Under the pieces are notes generated by a model, which did not search any database, was not told the DNA's origin, and worked only from the letters and a program-made list of their open reading frames with translations. Shown here piece after piece: positions 29,497-37,889 of a stretch of DNA of 37,889 nt. Position numbers and translations under genes: made by a program. Within the stretch, counting starts at the first letter, position 1. Every line of letters starts with the position of its first letter. The stretch comes from Solirubrobacteraceae bacterium. GTDB lineage: Bacteria > Actinomycetota > Thermoleophilia > Solirubrobacterales > Solirubrobacteraceae. The stretch spans positions 1-37,889 of the forward strand of contig DATNKY010000260.1 in NCBI GenBank assembly GCA_035603155.1. Reading direction: 5' to 3'.

Positions 29497-29818
29497 GAAC
29501 ACCGCTCGGTGTGCACAGTCAGGCTCACAGAAGCTGACGAAACCTCGCCCCGCGAATAACGTGGCATCAGTGGCGCCCACCATGATCAAACCGCTCGACG
29601 GACAACGGGCGCCCGTAGCGGGGGAGCTCCCCTCCGCCAGCCCGGCCTCCGGTCTTGCGCTCTAAAGGATCACCGGTTTTGCAGCCTTAGTCCGCGAGGT
29701 GGGAGCGAAGCCGGAGGGACGTCCGGAGGTCTGAGAGCGAGGAAGCGTGGGCGAGTCGCTCGCCACGAGCGAGCAGCCCGGCGGACGCTCTGCGCCATTC
29801 ACAGATCTGCAAGTCAAA

Positions 29819-29858
29819 CGGAGGCTCGCTCCGCTATTGTTACCGGAGGGTTCCTCCG
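29819..29858. promoter_or_regulatory. Tandem palindromic operators CGGAG-N5-CTCCG flanking a TATTGT -10-like box
   Basis: Sites at 29819-29833 and 29844-29858; TATTGT at 29835-29840; upstream of the MFS operon. Confidence 0.65.
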
Positions 29859-29910
29859 TATACCTGGCGGCAATCCCCGTCTCAGCTCCGATCCGAAACC
29901 CCCGGGATAA

Positions 29911-30111
29911 ATGAAACCAGCTTCCATCACTCCTCCGTCATCCGCCAGTCGTCCGCTGGCCCACGCCGCGGCCGTCGTCAGGGCCGAAATGGGAGGCCGC
30001 GGACTTGGCCGCGGTCATCTCGCAGCGGTCGGCGAAGCGTTCGCTTCGCGCCGCGCCGCCGACCTGCTTCTGCACCGTCACCGGCTGTCCGGCACGCACG
30101 GGGGTCTTTGA
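29911..30111 (+). CDS. Possible 66-aa leader ORF coupled to the MFS gene
   Basis: ATG downstream of the operator pair; stop overlaps the MFS start (TGATG); no recognisable domain. Confidence 0.35.
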   Translation: MKPASITPPSSASRPLAHAAAVVRAEMGGRGLGRGHLAAVGEAFASRRAADLLLHRHRLSGTHGGL

Positions 30112-31601
30112 TGCGACAAGGCCCACTGGCCGGCCGTTACCCGGCGTCTGCGGCGATGGTGATCTTCGCCCTGGTGCCGTACCTGGGTCTCTCGGCCGCG
30201 CTCCAGCCCCTCACTCCGATCATCGGCCAGCAGCTCCACATGAGCCCGCAGACGATGAGCCTGGGCTTCGGCCTGGGGAACGCGGGCTACGCGGTCGGGA
30301 CCGTGCTCGCGGTGCAGTTCGCCCAGCTGTTTCCGCAGCGACGGATGATGGTTCTGTATGCAGTGTTGCTCGTGATCGGGTCGGTGGTGTCCGCAGCGGC
30401 GCAGGGTCCGGTGATGTTCATCGGCGGCCACATCCTGCAAGGCCTCTGCACAAGCCTGCTGCTGATCGCGGCGGTCCCGCCGTTGGCGATCGGCTTCGGT
30501 CTCCCGAAGATCCGGTCGACCGCGGTGATCATGAACGTCTGCATCTTCGGGGCCGTGGCGCTCGGCCCGACGATTGGCGGCATCCAGGCCAGCGCGAACG
30601 CGTGGCGGCCGCTGTTCTGGATCATCGCCGCGATCTCGCTGGCGGCGCTGATCCTGTCGCTGTTGACGTTCGAGGATTCTCCACCTGCGGACCGGGACGC
30701 ACCGAGGGACGTCACCGCGCTGGCCCTCGCGACCTCGGGCTGCGTGTTGGCGTTCTACGGAGCGTCGGAGCTGCTCACGCACAGCTTCCTTGACATCCAG
30801 ACGATCGTGCCGCTGGCGATTGGGCTGGGGCTGATCGTCGCGCTGGTGGTCAACCAGTACCGCGCCAAGCACCCGCTTTTGACGATCCGCATGATGCTAA
30901 CCAGCACGGTGCCGGTCGCGGGGATCGTCGTCGCCTTGGCGGCGGCTGCCGCCTCGGTAACGGCGACCGATCTGACGGCGGGTGTGCTTGCGCCGTTCTA
31001 CTCGCCGCTGCACCTTGGGCTCCTGTTCCTGCCCGAGTTGGCCGGCGCGCTTTTGACCGCTGCGGCGCTCGGAATCGTCATCAGCAGACGCGAGCTGCAC
31101 TATCTCCCATTGGTGGGGATGGCGTTCCTCGCCGCCGGAATCGCCGTCTTCCGGATCCAGGTGCCGCCCTCGCAGACGCTCACCCTGATCGGGTCGGGCC
31201 TGACCGGGGTCGGCCTCGGCGCGGCGGTCGCCCCGGCGCTGTTCGTCGCCGGCTTCTCCCTGCCCGCGGCCAACCTACAGCGGGTGTTCGCGATCGTCGA
31301 ACTGCTGCGCGCGGTCGCGGCATTCATGGTCGCTCCTGTGTTCGCGCACATGGCCGCCACGGTTGGCGGAAACCTCAACACCGGGACCAGCATCGTCCTC
31401 TGGATCGGCCTCGCGATCGCGATCAGCGGCGCCCTGGCCGCGGTGGGTCTGTACGCGCTCGGCGGTGCCCGTGCGCGCACGCCAAATCTCGGCCGCTTCA
31501 TGGACGGCGACGGCCCGGCGTGGTACTCGCCACCGCTGTTGGCCGCCGTCCGCGGCGGCTCACGCCATCGCGCGCTCGCTGAGGAGCCCGCACGACCATG
31601 A
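30111..31601 (+). CDS. MFS transporter (DHA2-like, ~14 TM)
   Basis: Many hydrophobic segments; GHILQGL, ALGPTIGG and WRPLFWI motifs. Confidence 0.88.
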   Translation: MRQGPLAGRYPASAAMVIFALVPYLGLSAALQPLTPIIGQQLHMSPQTMSLGFGLGNAGYAVGTVLAVQFAQLFPQRRMMVLYAVLLVIGSVVSAAAQGPVMFIGGHILQGLCTSLLLIAAVPPLAIGFGLPKIRSTAVIMNVCIFGAVALGPTIGGIQASANAWRPLFWIIAAISLAALILSLLTFEDSPPADRDAPRDVTALALATSGCVLAFYGASELLTHSFLDIQTIVPLAIGLGLIVALVVNQYRAKHPLLTIRMMLTSTVPVAGIVVALAAAAASVTATDLTAGVLAPFYSPLHLGLLFLPELAGALLTAAALGIVISRRELHYLPLVGMAFLAAGIAVFRIQVPPSQTLTLIGSGLTGVGLGAAVAPALFVAGFSLPAANLQRVFAIVELLRAVAAFMVAPVFAHMAATVGGNLNTGTSIVLWIGLAIAISGALAAVGLYALGGARARTPNLGRFMDGDGPAWYSPPLLAAVRGGSRHRALAEEPARP

Positions 31602-32080
31602 CGACAGAACCCGACAATCCCCCGCCCGGCCCGGTCCTGTTCGCTTACGACGGCTCTGACCTCGCGAAGCTCGCGATCGACGAAGCCGCACAGCAGCTGG
31701 CCCCCGGACGGGACGCGATTGTCCTGACCGTCTGGCAGCCGTTCGACGTCGGCTTCGTGCCGGCCGGCGGAGACCACTTCGACGCGGCGGACGTCACCGC
31801 CGTCAGACAAGCGGCCGAGCGCACGGCCGCCGACGGAGCATCGATCGCACAGACGCTGGGGGTCAACGCGCACGGGGAGGCGAAGGAGGCGGCGCCAGCC
31901 TGGAAGGGGATCGTGAAGTTCGCCGATGAGCGCGACGCGAGCCTGATCGTGCTCGGCTCGCACGGGCGCAGCGGGATCGCGGGCGTGCTGATCGGAAGCG
32001 TTGCCAAGGCAGTCGCTATGCATTCGCGACGCTCCGTGCTGATCACCCACCGCGGCGACCCACCCGATCAGCCCAGCTGA
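31598..32080 (+). CDS. Universal stress protein
   Basis: VLFAYDGS and IVLGSHGRSG...LIGSVA motifs; ATGA overlap with the MFS gene. Confidence 0.92.
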   Translation: MTTEPDNPPPGPVLFAYDGSDLAKLAIDEAAQQLAPGRDAIVLTVWQPFDVGFVPAGGDHFDAADVTAVRQAAERTAADGASIAQTLGVNAHGEAKEAAPAWKGIVKFADERDASLIVLGSHGRSGIAGVLIGSVAKAVAMHSRRSVLITHRGDPPDQPS

Positions 32081-32130
32081 CCCACTCTTGAGTCCGCGCT
32101 CGCTTCGATCGCCTAGCATCGAACCTGGCG

Positions 32131-33825
32131 ATGAACGTGGCGACAGTTGACCTTGATCAGCGGGATGGGACTGACCGTCGGCGCCGTCCGGCGATCGTTG
32201 CGGTTGACGATGAACCGGCGGTGCTGGCGGCGGTGTCGCGTGACCTGAGGCGTGGCTTTGGTGAGCGCTACCGGGTGATGCGTGCCGGTTCTGGTGCTGA
32301 GGGGCTCGATCTCCTCAAGCAGGTTCGCGCCCGGGGTGAGCAGGTCGCGCTGTTGGTCGCCGACCAGCGGATGCCTGGCCTGTCGGGAACCGACTACCTC
32401 GTACAGGCGCGGGAGCTGGTGCCGGAGGCCAAGCGCGTTCTGCTGACGGCGTACGCCGACACTCAGGCCGCGATTCAAGCGATCAACGAGGTGGCGCTCG
32501 ATTACTACCTGCTGAAGCCCTGGGACCCGCCGGAGGAACAGTTGTTCCCTGTCGTCGAGGACCTGCTCACGACCTGGGAAGCCGGCGCCGCGCTCGAGTC
32601 GGGCGGTGTCCGCGTGATCGGGCACAGGTACTCCAAGCAGTCACATGACCTGCGCGACTTCCTGGCTCGCAATCGCGTCCCGGCGCGCTGGCTTGATGTC
32701 GAGCGCGACGGGGAGGCGCGCGAACTGCTCGGGGTCATCGGCGTCGACGCGGAACGGCTGCCCGTCGCGCTGCTCGAAGACGGGTCGATCCTCGAGCGCC
32801 CGACGACGCTCGAATTAGCCGAGCGACTTGGGATCTCGGCACAACCGATCGGCGATCACTACGACTTGGTGATCGTGGGCGGGGGTCCCGCGGGACTGGC
32901 GGCCGCCGTGTACGGAGCGTCCGAGGGGCTTCGGACGGTGATGGTGGAGCGGGAGGCACCCGGGGGACAGGCGGGGCAATCGAGCCGGATCGAGAACTAC
33001 CTGGGCTTTCCGGTCGGGCTGAGCGGATCGGATCTCGCTCGGCGAGCCACGGACCAGGCCCGCCGCCTTGGCGCGGAGCTTCTCACCGTGCAGGAGGCGG
33101 TTGCGCTCGAGGCCGAAGGATCCGGACGACTGGTCCATCTGACCGGTGGCGGCGTCCTCAGCGCCAACACAGTGCTCGTCGCGTCGGGCGTCTCCTATCG
33201 CCAGTTGAACGCTCCCGGCTTCGCTGAGCTGACCGGCGCCGGGGTCTACTATGGCGCCGCTCTGATCGAGGCGCGGGCATGCGCGGATCAGCACGTGGTG
33301 GTCATCGGCGGCGCGAACTCCGCCGGCCAGGCCGCCGTCTACTTCAGTGGCTATGCGGGACGGGTGACGATGCTCGTACGCGCCGACTCGCTCACCAACT
33401 CGATGTCGCATTACTTGATCGAGCAGATCGGCGCGCTTCCGAACGTCGAGGTGCGGACGGGCGCGCAAGCGGTCGCGGCCAACGGCGAGGACGGCCATCT
33501 GCGCTCGCTGCGGATCCGCGCGGCCGACGGGACCGAGACCGTCGAGGACGCTGATGCGTGCTTCGTGTTCATCGGTGCCGTGCCGCGCACCGACTGGCTC
33601 GAGGGTGTGGTGGCGCGCGACGAGCGCGGGTTCATTCTGGCCGGCCCCGACGTGCGAGACCAAGGGTGGCCGCTACCACGCGATCCATACGTGTTGGAGA
33701 CAAGCGTTCCCGGCGTGTTCGTCGCCGGCGACGTGCGGACGCGCTCGATCAAGCGTGTGGCGAGCGCCGTCGGCGAGGGATCGATGGCCGTCTCGCTGAT
33801 CCACGAATACCTGGCGAGCGGATGA
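32131..33825 (+). CDS. Response-regulator receiver domain fused to a glutaredoxin-like domain and a thioredoxin-reductase-like FAD/NAD(P) oxidoreductase
   Basis: VDDE...ADQRMP...LTAY...KPW (REC); GGGPAGL, SSRIENYLGFP, GGANSAG, ETSVPGVFVAGD (TrxR fold); no CxxC. Confidence 0.9.
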   Translation: MNVATVDLDQRDGTDRRRRPAIVAVDDEPAVLAAVSRDLRRGFGERYRVMRAGSGAEGLDLLKQVRARGEQVALLVADQRMPGLSGTDYLVQARELVPEAKRVLLTAYADTQAAIQAINEVALDYYLLKPWDPPEEQLFPVVEDLLTTWEAGAALESGGVRVIGHRYSKQSHDLRDFLARNRVPARWLDVERDGEARELLGVIGVDAERLPVALLEDGSILERPTTLELAERLGISAQPIGDHYDLVIVGGGPAGLAAAVYGASEGLRTVMVEREAPGGQAGQSSRIENYLGFPVGLSGSDLARRATDQARRLGAELLTVQEAVALEAEGSGRLVHLTGGGVLSANTVLVASGVSYRQLNAPGFAELTGAGVYYGAALIEARACADQHVVVIGGANSAGQAAVYFSGYAGRVTMLVRADSLTNSMSHYLIEQIGALPNVEVRTGAQAVAANGEDGHLRSLRIRAADGTETVEDADACFVFIGAVPRTDWLEGVVARDERGFILAGPDVRDQGWPLPRDPYVLETSVPGVFVAGDVRTRSIKRVASAVGEGSMAVSLIHEYLASG

Positions 33826-35255
33826 ACGAGCCGGAGCGTCCGACGCTCGAGGAGCTGCGCACGATCGACCTGTTCGACGACCTGGACGACCAGCAGCTCG
33901 CGCTCTGGCAGGAGGTCGCGCAGATCCGCGAGGTACCGGCCAATACTGTCCTGGTCGAGGCCGGTGACGTCGGTGGTACGAGTTTCCTGATGCTGCTGAC
34001 CGGGGTGGTTCAGGGCTTGGTCGTCGAAGCGGGCCGGATCGAACCGTTCACGCGCCAGACGGCTCCGACGTGGATGGGTGCGATCCCGGTCCTGACCGGG
34101 ACCGGTTACGCCGGCGAGTTTCGAACGGAGACCGACGTTCGACTGGCAGTGGTAGACGCCGAGGATTTCATCCGGCTCGTGCTCAGCCAGCGTCCCGTTC
34201 ACCGCCGCGTGATGCGGGCGGTCCGGCCGATGGCGACGCGGATCGCGGTCCGTGAACAGACTCGCGAAAGGCTCGCTTCGCTTGGCACCATGGCCGCTGG
34301 ACTTGCCCACGAGCTGAACAACCCGGCGGCGGCCGCCCGACGCGCTGCGGCCGATCTGGCCGAGGCGCTCGACGTGCTGTCCTCGACGATAGGGTTGTTC
34401 GTGGAGTCCGGGATCGAGCGCGAACAGGCGGAGGGGCTCGTGGCGCTCCAACGCGAAGCGATCGACCGTGCTCAATCACGTAGCTCACTCTCGGCACTCG
34501 ATGCCGCCGACGCCGAGGAAGCGTTGCTCGATTCCCTTGAGCAGCTCGGCGTGGCAGAGCCTTGGCGGGTCGCCGAGCCGCTCGCGGCTGCCGGGCTCGA
34601 CGCCGCATGGCTCGACCGGGTCGCGCAGGCAGCCGGGCCCGCAGCGAGTGCCGCCACGTCGTGGATCGCCGCATCGCTGACCGCCCGCGGGCTCGCGGCC
34701 GAGATCGCGGAGTCGACCGATCGGATGGGCACGCTCGTGAAGGCGATCAAGTCATACGCGTTCATGGACCGCGGCGAACTGGTGGAGACCGACATCCACG
34801 AGGGCCTCGAGACGACACTGGTTGTGCTCGGGCACAAGCTCAAGCCCACCTCGATCGAGATCCGGCGCGAATACGACCGCTCGCTCCCCAAGCTCATTCT
34901 TCGCGGCTCGGAGCTCAATCAGGTCTGGACGAACCTGCTGGCCAACGCGATCGAAGCTCTCGGCGACTCGGGCACGATCGAGATCGCCACCAGCCGCGAC
35001 GGCGTCTGCGCGCGCGTCGACATCATCGACGACGGTCCCGGAATCCCGGCGGAGATCCGCGACCGCGTTTTCGACCCGTTTTTCACCACCAAGGACGTCG
35101 GCGAGGGCACGGGACTGGGGCTCGACACGGCACGTCGGATCGTGACCGAGCGACTCAGCGGCTCGATCGAGTTCGACTCGGAGCCCGGACGGACCGCGTT
35201 CCACATCTGGCTACCGCTCGACGGCGGCAGGCAACAGGCGGCGGCCCTCCCCTGA
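33822..35255 (+). CDS. Cytoplasmic histidine kinase with N-terminal cyclic-nucleotide-binding-like domain
   Basis: LRTIDLFDDL cNMP-type start; AHELNNP, QVWTNLLANA, DDGPGI, FDPFFTTK, GTGLGL; ATGA overlap; no TM segment. Confidence 0.92.
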   Translation: MNEPERPTLEELRTIDLFDDLDDQQLALWQEVAQIREVPANTVLVEAGDVGGTSFLMLLTGVVQGLVVEAGRIEPFTRQTAPTWMGAIPVLTGTGYAGEFRTETDVRLAVVDAEDFIRLVLSQRPVHRRVMRAVRPMATRIAVREQTRERLASLGTMAAGLAHELNNPAAAARRAAADLAEALDVLSSTIGLFVESGIEREQAEGLVALQREAIDRAQSRSSLSALDAADAEEALLDSLEQLGVAEPWRVAEPLAAAGLDAAWLDRVAQAAGPAASAATSWIAASLTARGLAAEIAESTDRMGTLVKAIKSYAFMDRGELVETDIHEGLETTLVVLGHKLKPTSIEIRREYDRSLPKLILRGSELNQVWTNLLANAIEALGDSGTIEIATSRDGVCARVDIIDDGPGIPAEIRDRVFDPFFTTKDVGEGTGLGLDTARRIVTERLSGSIEFDSEPGRTAFHIWLPLDGGRQQAAALP

Positions 35256-35380
35256 TCCGGCGCGGCGCCCAGGCCTTCCGGCGAGCGACTCGCGGCGCGA
35301 TTCGCGACCATATTGCCGGCCACGACAATCAGCGGAGGTCCCGATACGACGGCACTCCGACGTCCTGAGAGGAGAAGCAA

Positions 35381-36151
35381 GTGGACTTCCTCGTCGAGTT
35401 CGACATCCAAATCCCTGACGACGCTCCTGGCTCAGAGGTAGAGGAGCGAGAGCGTGGCGAGGCGGCCGCTGTCGCAAGGCTCGCGCGCGAAGGGCACGTC
35501 GTCCGGGTCTGGAAGCCGCCGGTGGAGCCCGGCGAGAGCAAGGCCCTGGGCTTGTACCGCGCCGACAGCCAGACACAGCTTGACGATCTGCTCGGCGCTC
35601 TCCCGCTTGCCGACTGGATGCGCCTCACCGTCACGCCGCTGGAGCCCCATCCGAACGATCCGATGAACGGTCGGTCGAGTGACTTCGAGCTTCCCGTCCC
35701 TCGCCTGAGCCCGGTCTATCGCCTCGAGGCCGCCCTGGGAGAACCACTCGATCTCGGCGACACCCCGCGGGGACGGCGACGCGTTGTGGCCCTGACGGAC
35801 GGAACGTTCACCGGTCCCGAGCTGAACGGGAGGCTCGTGCCGGGGGCCAGCGCCGACTGGCAGATCCTGCTCGCAGACGGCACCGCGCTTGCCGACCTGC
35901 GCTACACGCTGCAGACCGACGGCGGCGACCTGCTGTACGTCCAGGCCCGCGGAGTTCGCCACGGTAGCCCCGAGGTGCTTGCCCGTCTGGCGCGCGGCGA
36001 GGCCGTCGACGCCAGCGAGTACACCTTCCGCACCTCGACACAGATCGAGACCGCCACGCCCGGTCTCGAGTGGCTCAACAAGGGCGTCTTCGTCAGCGTC
36101 GGCGGCCGCCAGCCCGCCGGAGTGATCTACGAGACCTATCTGGTCGAATGA
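35381..36151 (+). CDS. Muconolactone delta-isomerase-like domain fused to a DUF3237 beta-barrel
   Basis: N-terminal ~95 aa MDFLVEF...LPLADWM...LEPHPNDP (MIase/CatC-like); C-terminal GRRRVV...GTFTGP...ADWQ...RYTLQTDGG...WLNKGVFV (DUF3237); GAGGAG RBS. Confidence 0.8.
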   Translation: MDFLVEFDIQIPDDAPGSEVEERERGEAAAVARLAREGHVVRVWKPPVEPGESKALGLYRADSQTQLDDLLGALPLADWMRLTVTPLEPHPNDPMNGRSSDFELPVPRLSPVYRLEAALGEPLDLGDTPRGRRRVVALTDGTFTGPELNGRLVPGASADWQILLADGTALADLRYTLQTDGGDLLYVQARGVRHGSPEVLARLARGEAVDASEYTFRTSTQIETATPGLEWLNKGVFVSVGGRQPAGVIYETYLVE

Positions 36152-36192
36152 GCTCGGGCACGCCGATGCGCGAGGCACCGAAAGCTGCTCGG

Positions 36193-37365
36193 TCAGCTCG
36201 GTGTCGTCGGTGTCGTCGGTGTTGAGGGCGACGCGCGGCCGTCGCTCGCGGCCACGCTGACGTGGATCGCCTGCCGGCCTTCCGCAGCGCCTGGGATGAC
36301 GACGGTCCCGCTGCTGGTATCGATGGGGACACGATGGATCGTGGGAGGTGTGGGCTGATCGGCATCGCCGACCGACACCACGAGTCCGGCGGGATTACTG
36401 ACCTGAGCGTCGAAATTGATACGAAGGTCGTTTCCCGCTGACGTCGCGGTGACGACCGGCGCGGGCGGCGGCGCGGAGGCGGGAGGCGGCGGCGCGACCG
36501 TAGCCTGGTGGCTGATCGCGGTCTGTAGCAGCGCCTCGGGATGCCGGTATTGAACGTGTCCCCCCGGACCCCGCGGACTGGAGTCATCGAGCGGGTTTTG
36601 GTCATCGGGAGACGGCTGCGTGCCGCCCCACATTCCGGGCCACGTCGCCCATGCGTCGGCGGCGACCGTGTCGGAGATCGTCCGCAGAGTGAGAGCCGGA
36701 CCCGGCCGCTGCCCGTCGGCGTTGTCGAACCACGCGCCGGTCCAATGGACGCCTCGCACGAAGTAGGACGCGTGCGAGCCCCGCGCGGGATATACGACCG
36801 GCTGGTCGCCGAGCCGTTCCACCTGTTGCCACGGTCGTTGCTCAGCGTGTGTGTGCTGCGCGTAGACGGCCAGATCGGGTTGCTGGCCGTCGGTACCGAG
36901 CCGAAGCTGGATCATCTCCCAATCGCCCTCGTGGAGTCCCGCCTTGATCAGCGGGCCGATCAGGTTGTAGTCGTTGTAGAAGTAGAAGAACCAGTAGGCG
37001 AGCCAGATCCGGTCATCGCTTCCCGTCGCCCAATGGCCGTAGACGACGTTGGCGTACTGCGGCTGAGCGTGTAGCGCTCGCGCTTGCGCGACGTAGTCGT
37101 GCGACGGGTCGGCGATACGGTCGTTGTGGGCCACCGGCTGACCGCCGGGATAGCCCCCCGGGTCAAGAAAGCTCAGTGACAGCAGCGGCTGATCGCCGGC
37201 AGGGCTGGCGGCCGCGATAACGGTCCCGTCCGCTCGCCGCAGCTCGTTGCCCGGGTTGTCAGTCCACTCAGCCGCGGCGTCGGCGAAATACGGCTCCTGC
37301 GAGTCATAACGGAGCACCGGGATGTGATGCTGGAGCAAATCCCCGGGGTCAGGACCGCCAGCCAC
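36193..37365 (-). CDS. Vps62/NPP1-like domain protein with Pro-rich linker and small C-terminal beta domain
   Basis: YWFFYFYND, HEGDWE, YAQH and YPARGSHASY motifs. Confidence 0.65.
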   Translation of the reverse strand: MAGGPDPGDLLQHHIPVLRYDSQEPYFADAAAEWTDNPGNELRRADGTVIAAASPAGDQPLLSLSFLDPGGYPGGQPVAHNDRIADPSHDYVAQARALHAQPQYANVVYGHWATGSDDRIWLAYWFFYFYNDYNLIGPLIKAGLHEGDWEMIQLRLGTDGQQPDLAVYAQHTHAEQRPWQQVERLGDQPVVYPARGSHASYFVRGVHWTGAWFDNADGQRPGPALTLRTISDTVAADAWATWPGMWGGTQPSPDDQNPLDDSSPRGPGGHVQYRHPEALLQTAISHQATVAPPPPASAPPPAPVVTATSAGNDLRINFDAQVSNPAGLVVSVGDADQPTPPTIHRVPIDTSSGTVVIPGAAEGRQAIHVSVAASDGRASPSTPTTPTTPS

Positions 37366-37602
37366 TAGACCTCAGACCGCTCGAGCGGGACCCCATGCTG
37401 GTGGATTCGGTCGCGCACAATGCGCAGCCTAGTCGGCCGCACCCGCCGATGCGAGCCGCTTCTTGTCCGGAATCGACCTTAATCCGCGCCTGGTCGGGGA
37501 CGATTGAACCGGTCGCGTGGTCCGTTCTGGCGAAAGGGCGAATGCGATCGTACGTGCCACCTTCGGCAGCCGGCGAAGCGCGCGTCGTTATGTTGCAGGA
37601 GG

Positions 37603-37889
37603 ATGGCCGACCGCAGGGACGTCGACTTCACGTACTCGCTGACTGACCGGATCATCCGGCTCAGCCTCGGTGAGCTGCCCGATTTCAGCGGTGCGATGTT
37701 CGACGGGGACTTCTCGCTCAGCCTGGAGGAGGCACAGCTGCGTAAGCACGATTATGTGGCCGAACAGGTCGGAATCGGGCCGGGTCGCCGCCTGCTCGAC
37801 CTCGGTTGTGGCTGGGGTCCGTTGCTGGCCTATGCCCGGGCGCGCGGCGGGGCGGGGGTGGGCGTGACGCTCTCCTCGACGCAACTGAA
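37603..37889 (+). CDS. Class I SAM methyltransferase, cyclopropane-fatty-acyl-phospholipid synthase-like (3' truncated)
   Basis: Not in the ORF track. Translated by hand: MADRRDVDFTYS...SLEEAQLRK...RLLDLGCGWG...GVTLS; open to the window end. Confidence 0.85.
   Translation, partial: MADRRDVDFTYSLTDRIIRLSLGELPDFSGAMFDGDFSLSLEEAQLRKHDYVAEQVGIGPGRRLLDLGCGWGPLLAYARARGGAGVGVTLSSTQL

Noticed and set aside
29871-29883. CAATCCCCGTCTC as an attR remnant of the tmRNA 3' end
   Set aside because: Too short and gapped relative to CAATTCCCGCCGTCTCC; could arise by chance.
36198-36222. Short tandem repeat (TCGGTGTCG)n
   Set aside because: Simply encodes the low-complexity PTTPTTPS C-terminus of the Vps62-like protein.

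Overview
High-GC actinobacterial chromosomal DNA, most consistent with Thermoleophilia/Solirubrobacterales (Conexibacter-like). This assignment is inferred from the tmRNA tag ADSHEFALAA, the frameshifted prfB and the multi-MCE operon. Bases 1-27.6 kb are largely core genome: the tail of an MCE/MlaD operon plus a Cys-rich secreted protein, ctaG, short hpf, secA, prfB (+1 programmed frameshift) overlapping a PLP-dependent basic amino acid decarboxylase, two secreted cupredoxins, nadC-nadA, a degenerate minimal nucleotidyltransferase, dacB, an M16 peptidase, ftsE-ftsX-S41 protease-rnr-smpB, a DUF6458-like membrane peptide, a block of palindromic repeats, a site-2 protease and tmRNA (ssrA). After ssrA comes an accessory-looking region: an AT-richer metallophosphoesterase, about 850 bp of non-coding DNA dense in palindromes, direct repeats and operator-like sites, MFS + universal stress protein, a receiver-domain/thioredoxin-reductase-like flavoprotein coupled to a cNMP-domain histidine kinase, a muconolactone-isomerase/DUF3237 fusion, a Vps62/NPP1-like protein and a truncated cfa-like methyltransferase. 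The best novelty candidates are the REC-TrxR/cNMP-HK redox signalling module, the regulatory or recombination-like element cluster at 29.38-29.86 kb, the 60-bp palindromic repeat array at 25.9-26.15 kb, and the SD-poor prfB frameshift coupled to a decarboxylase. All family calls come from motif recognition; no database search was run.
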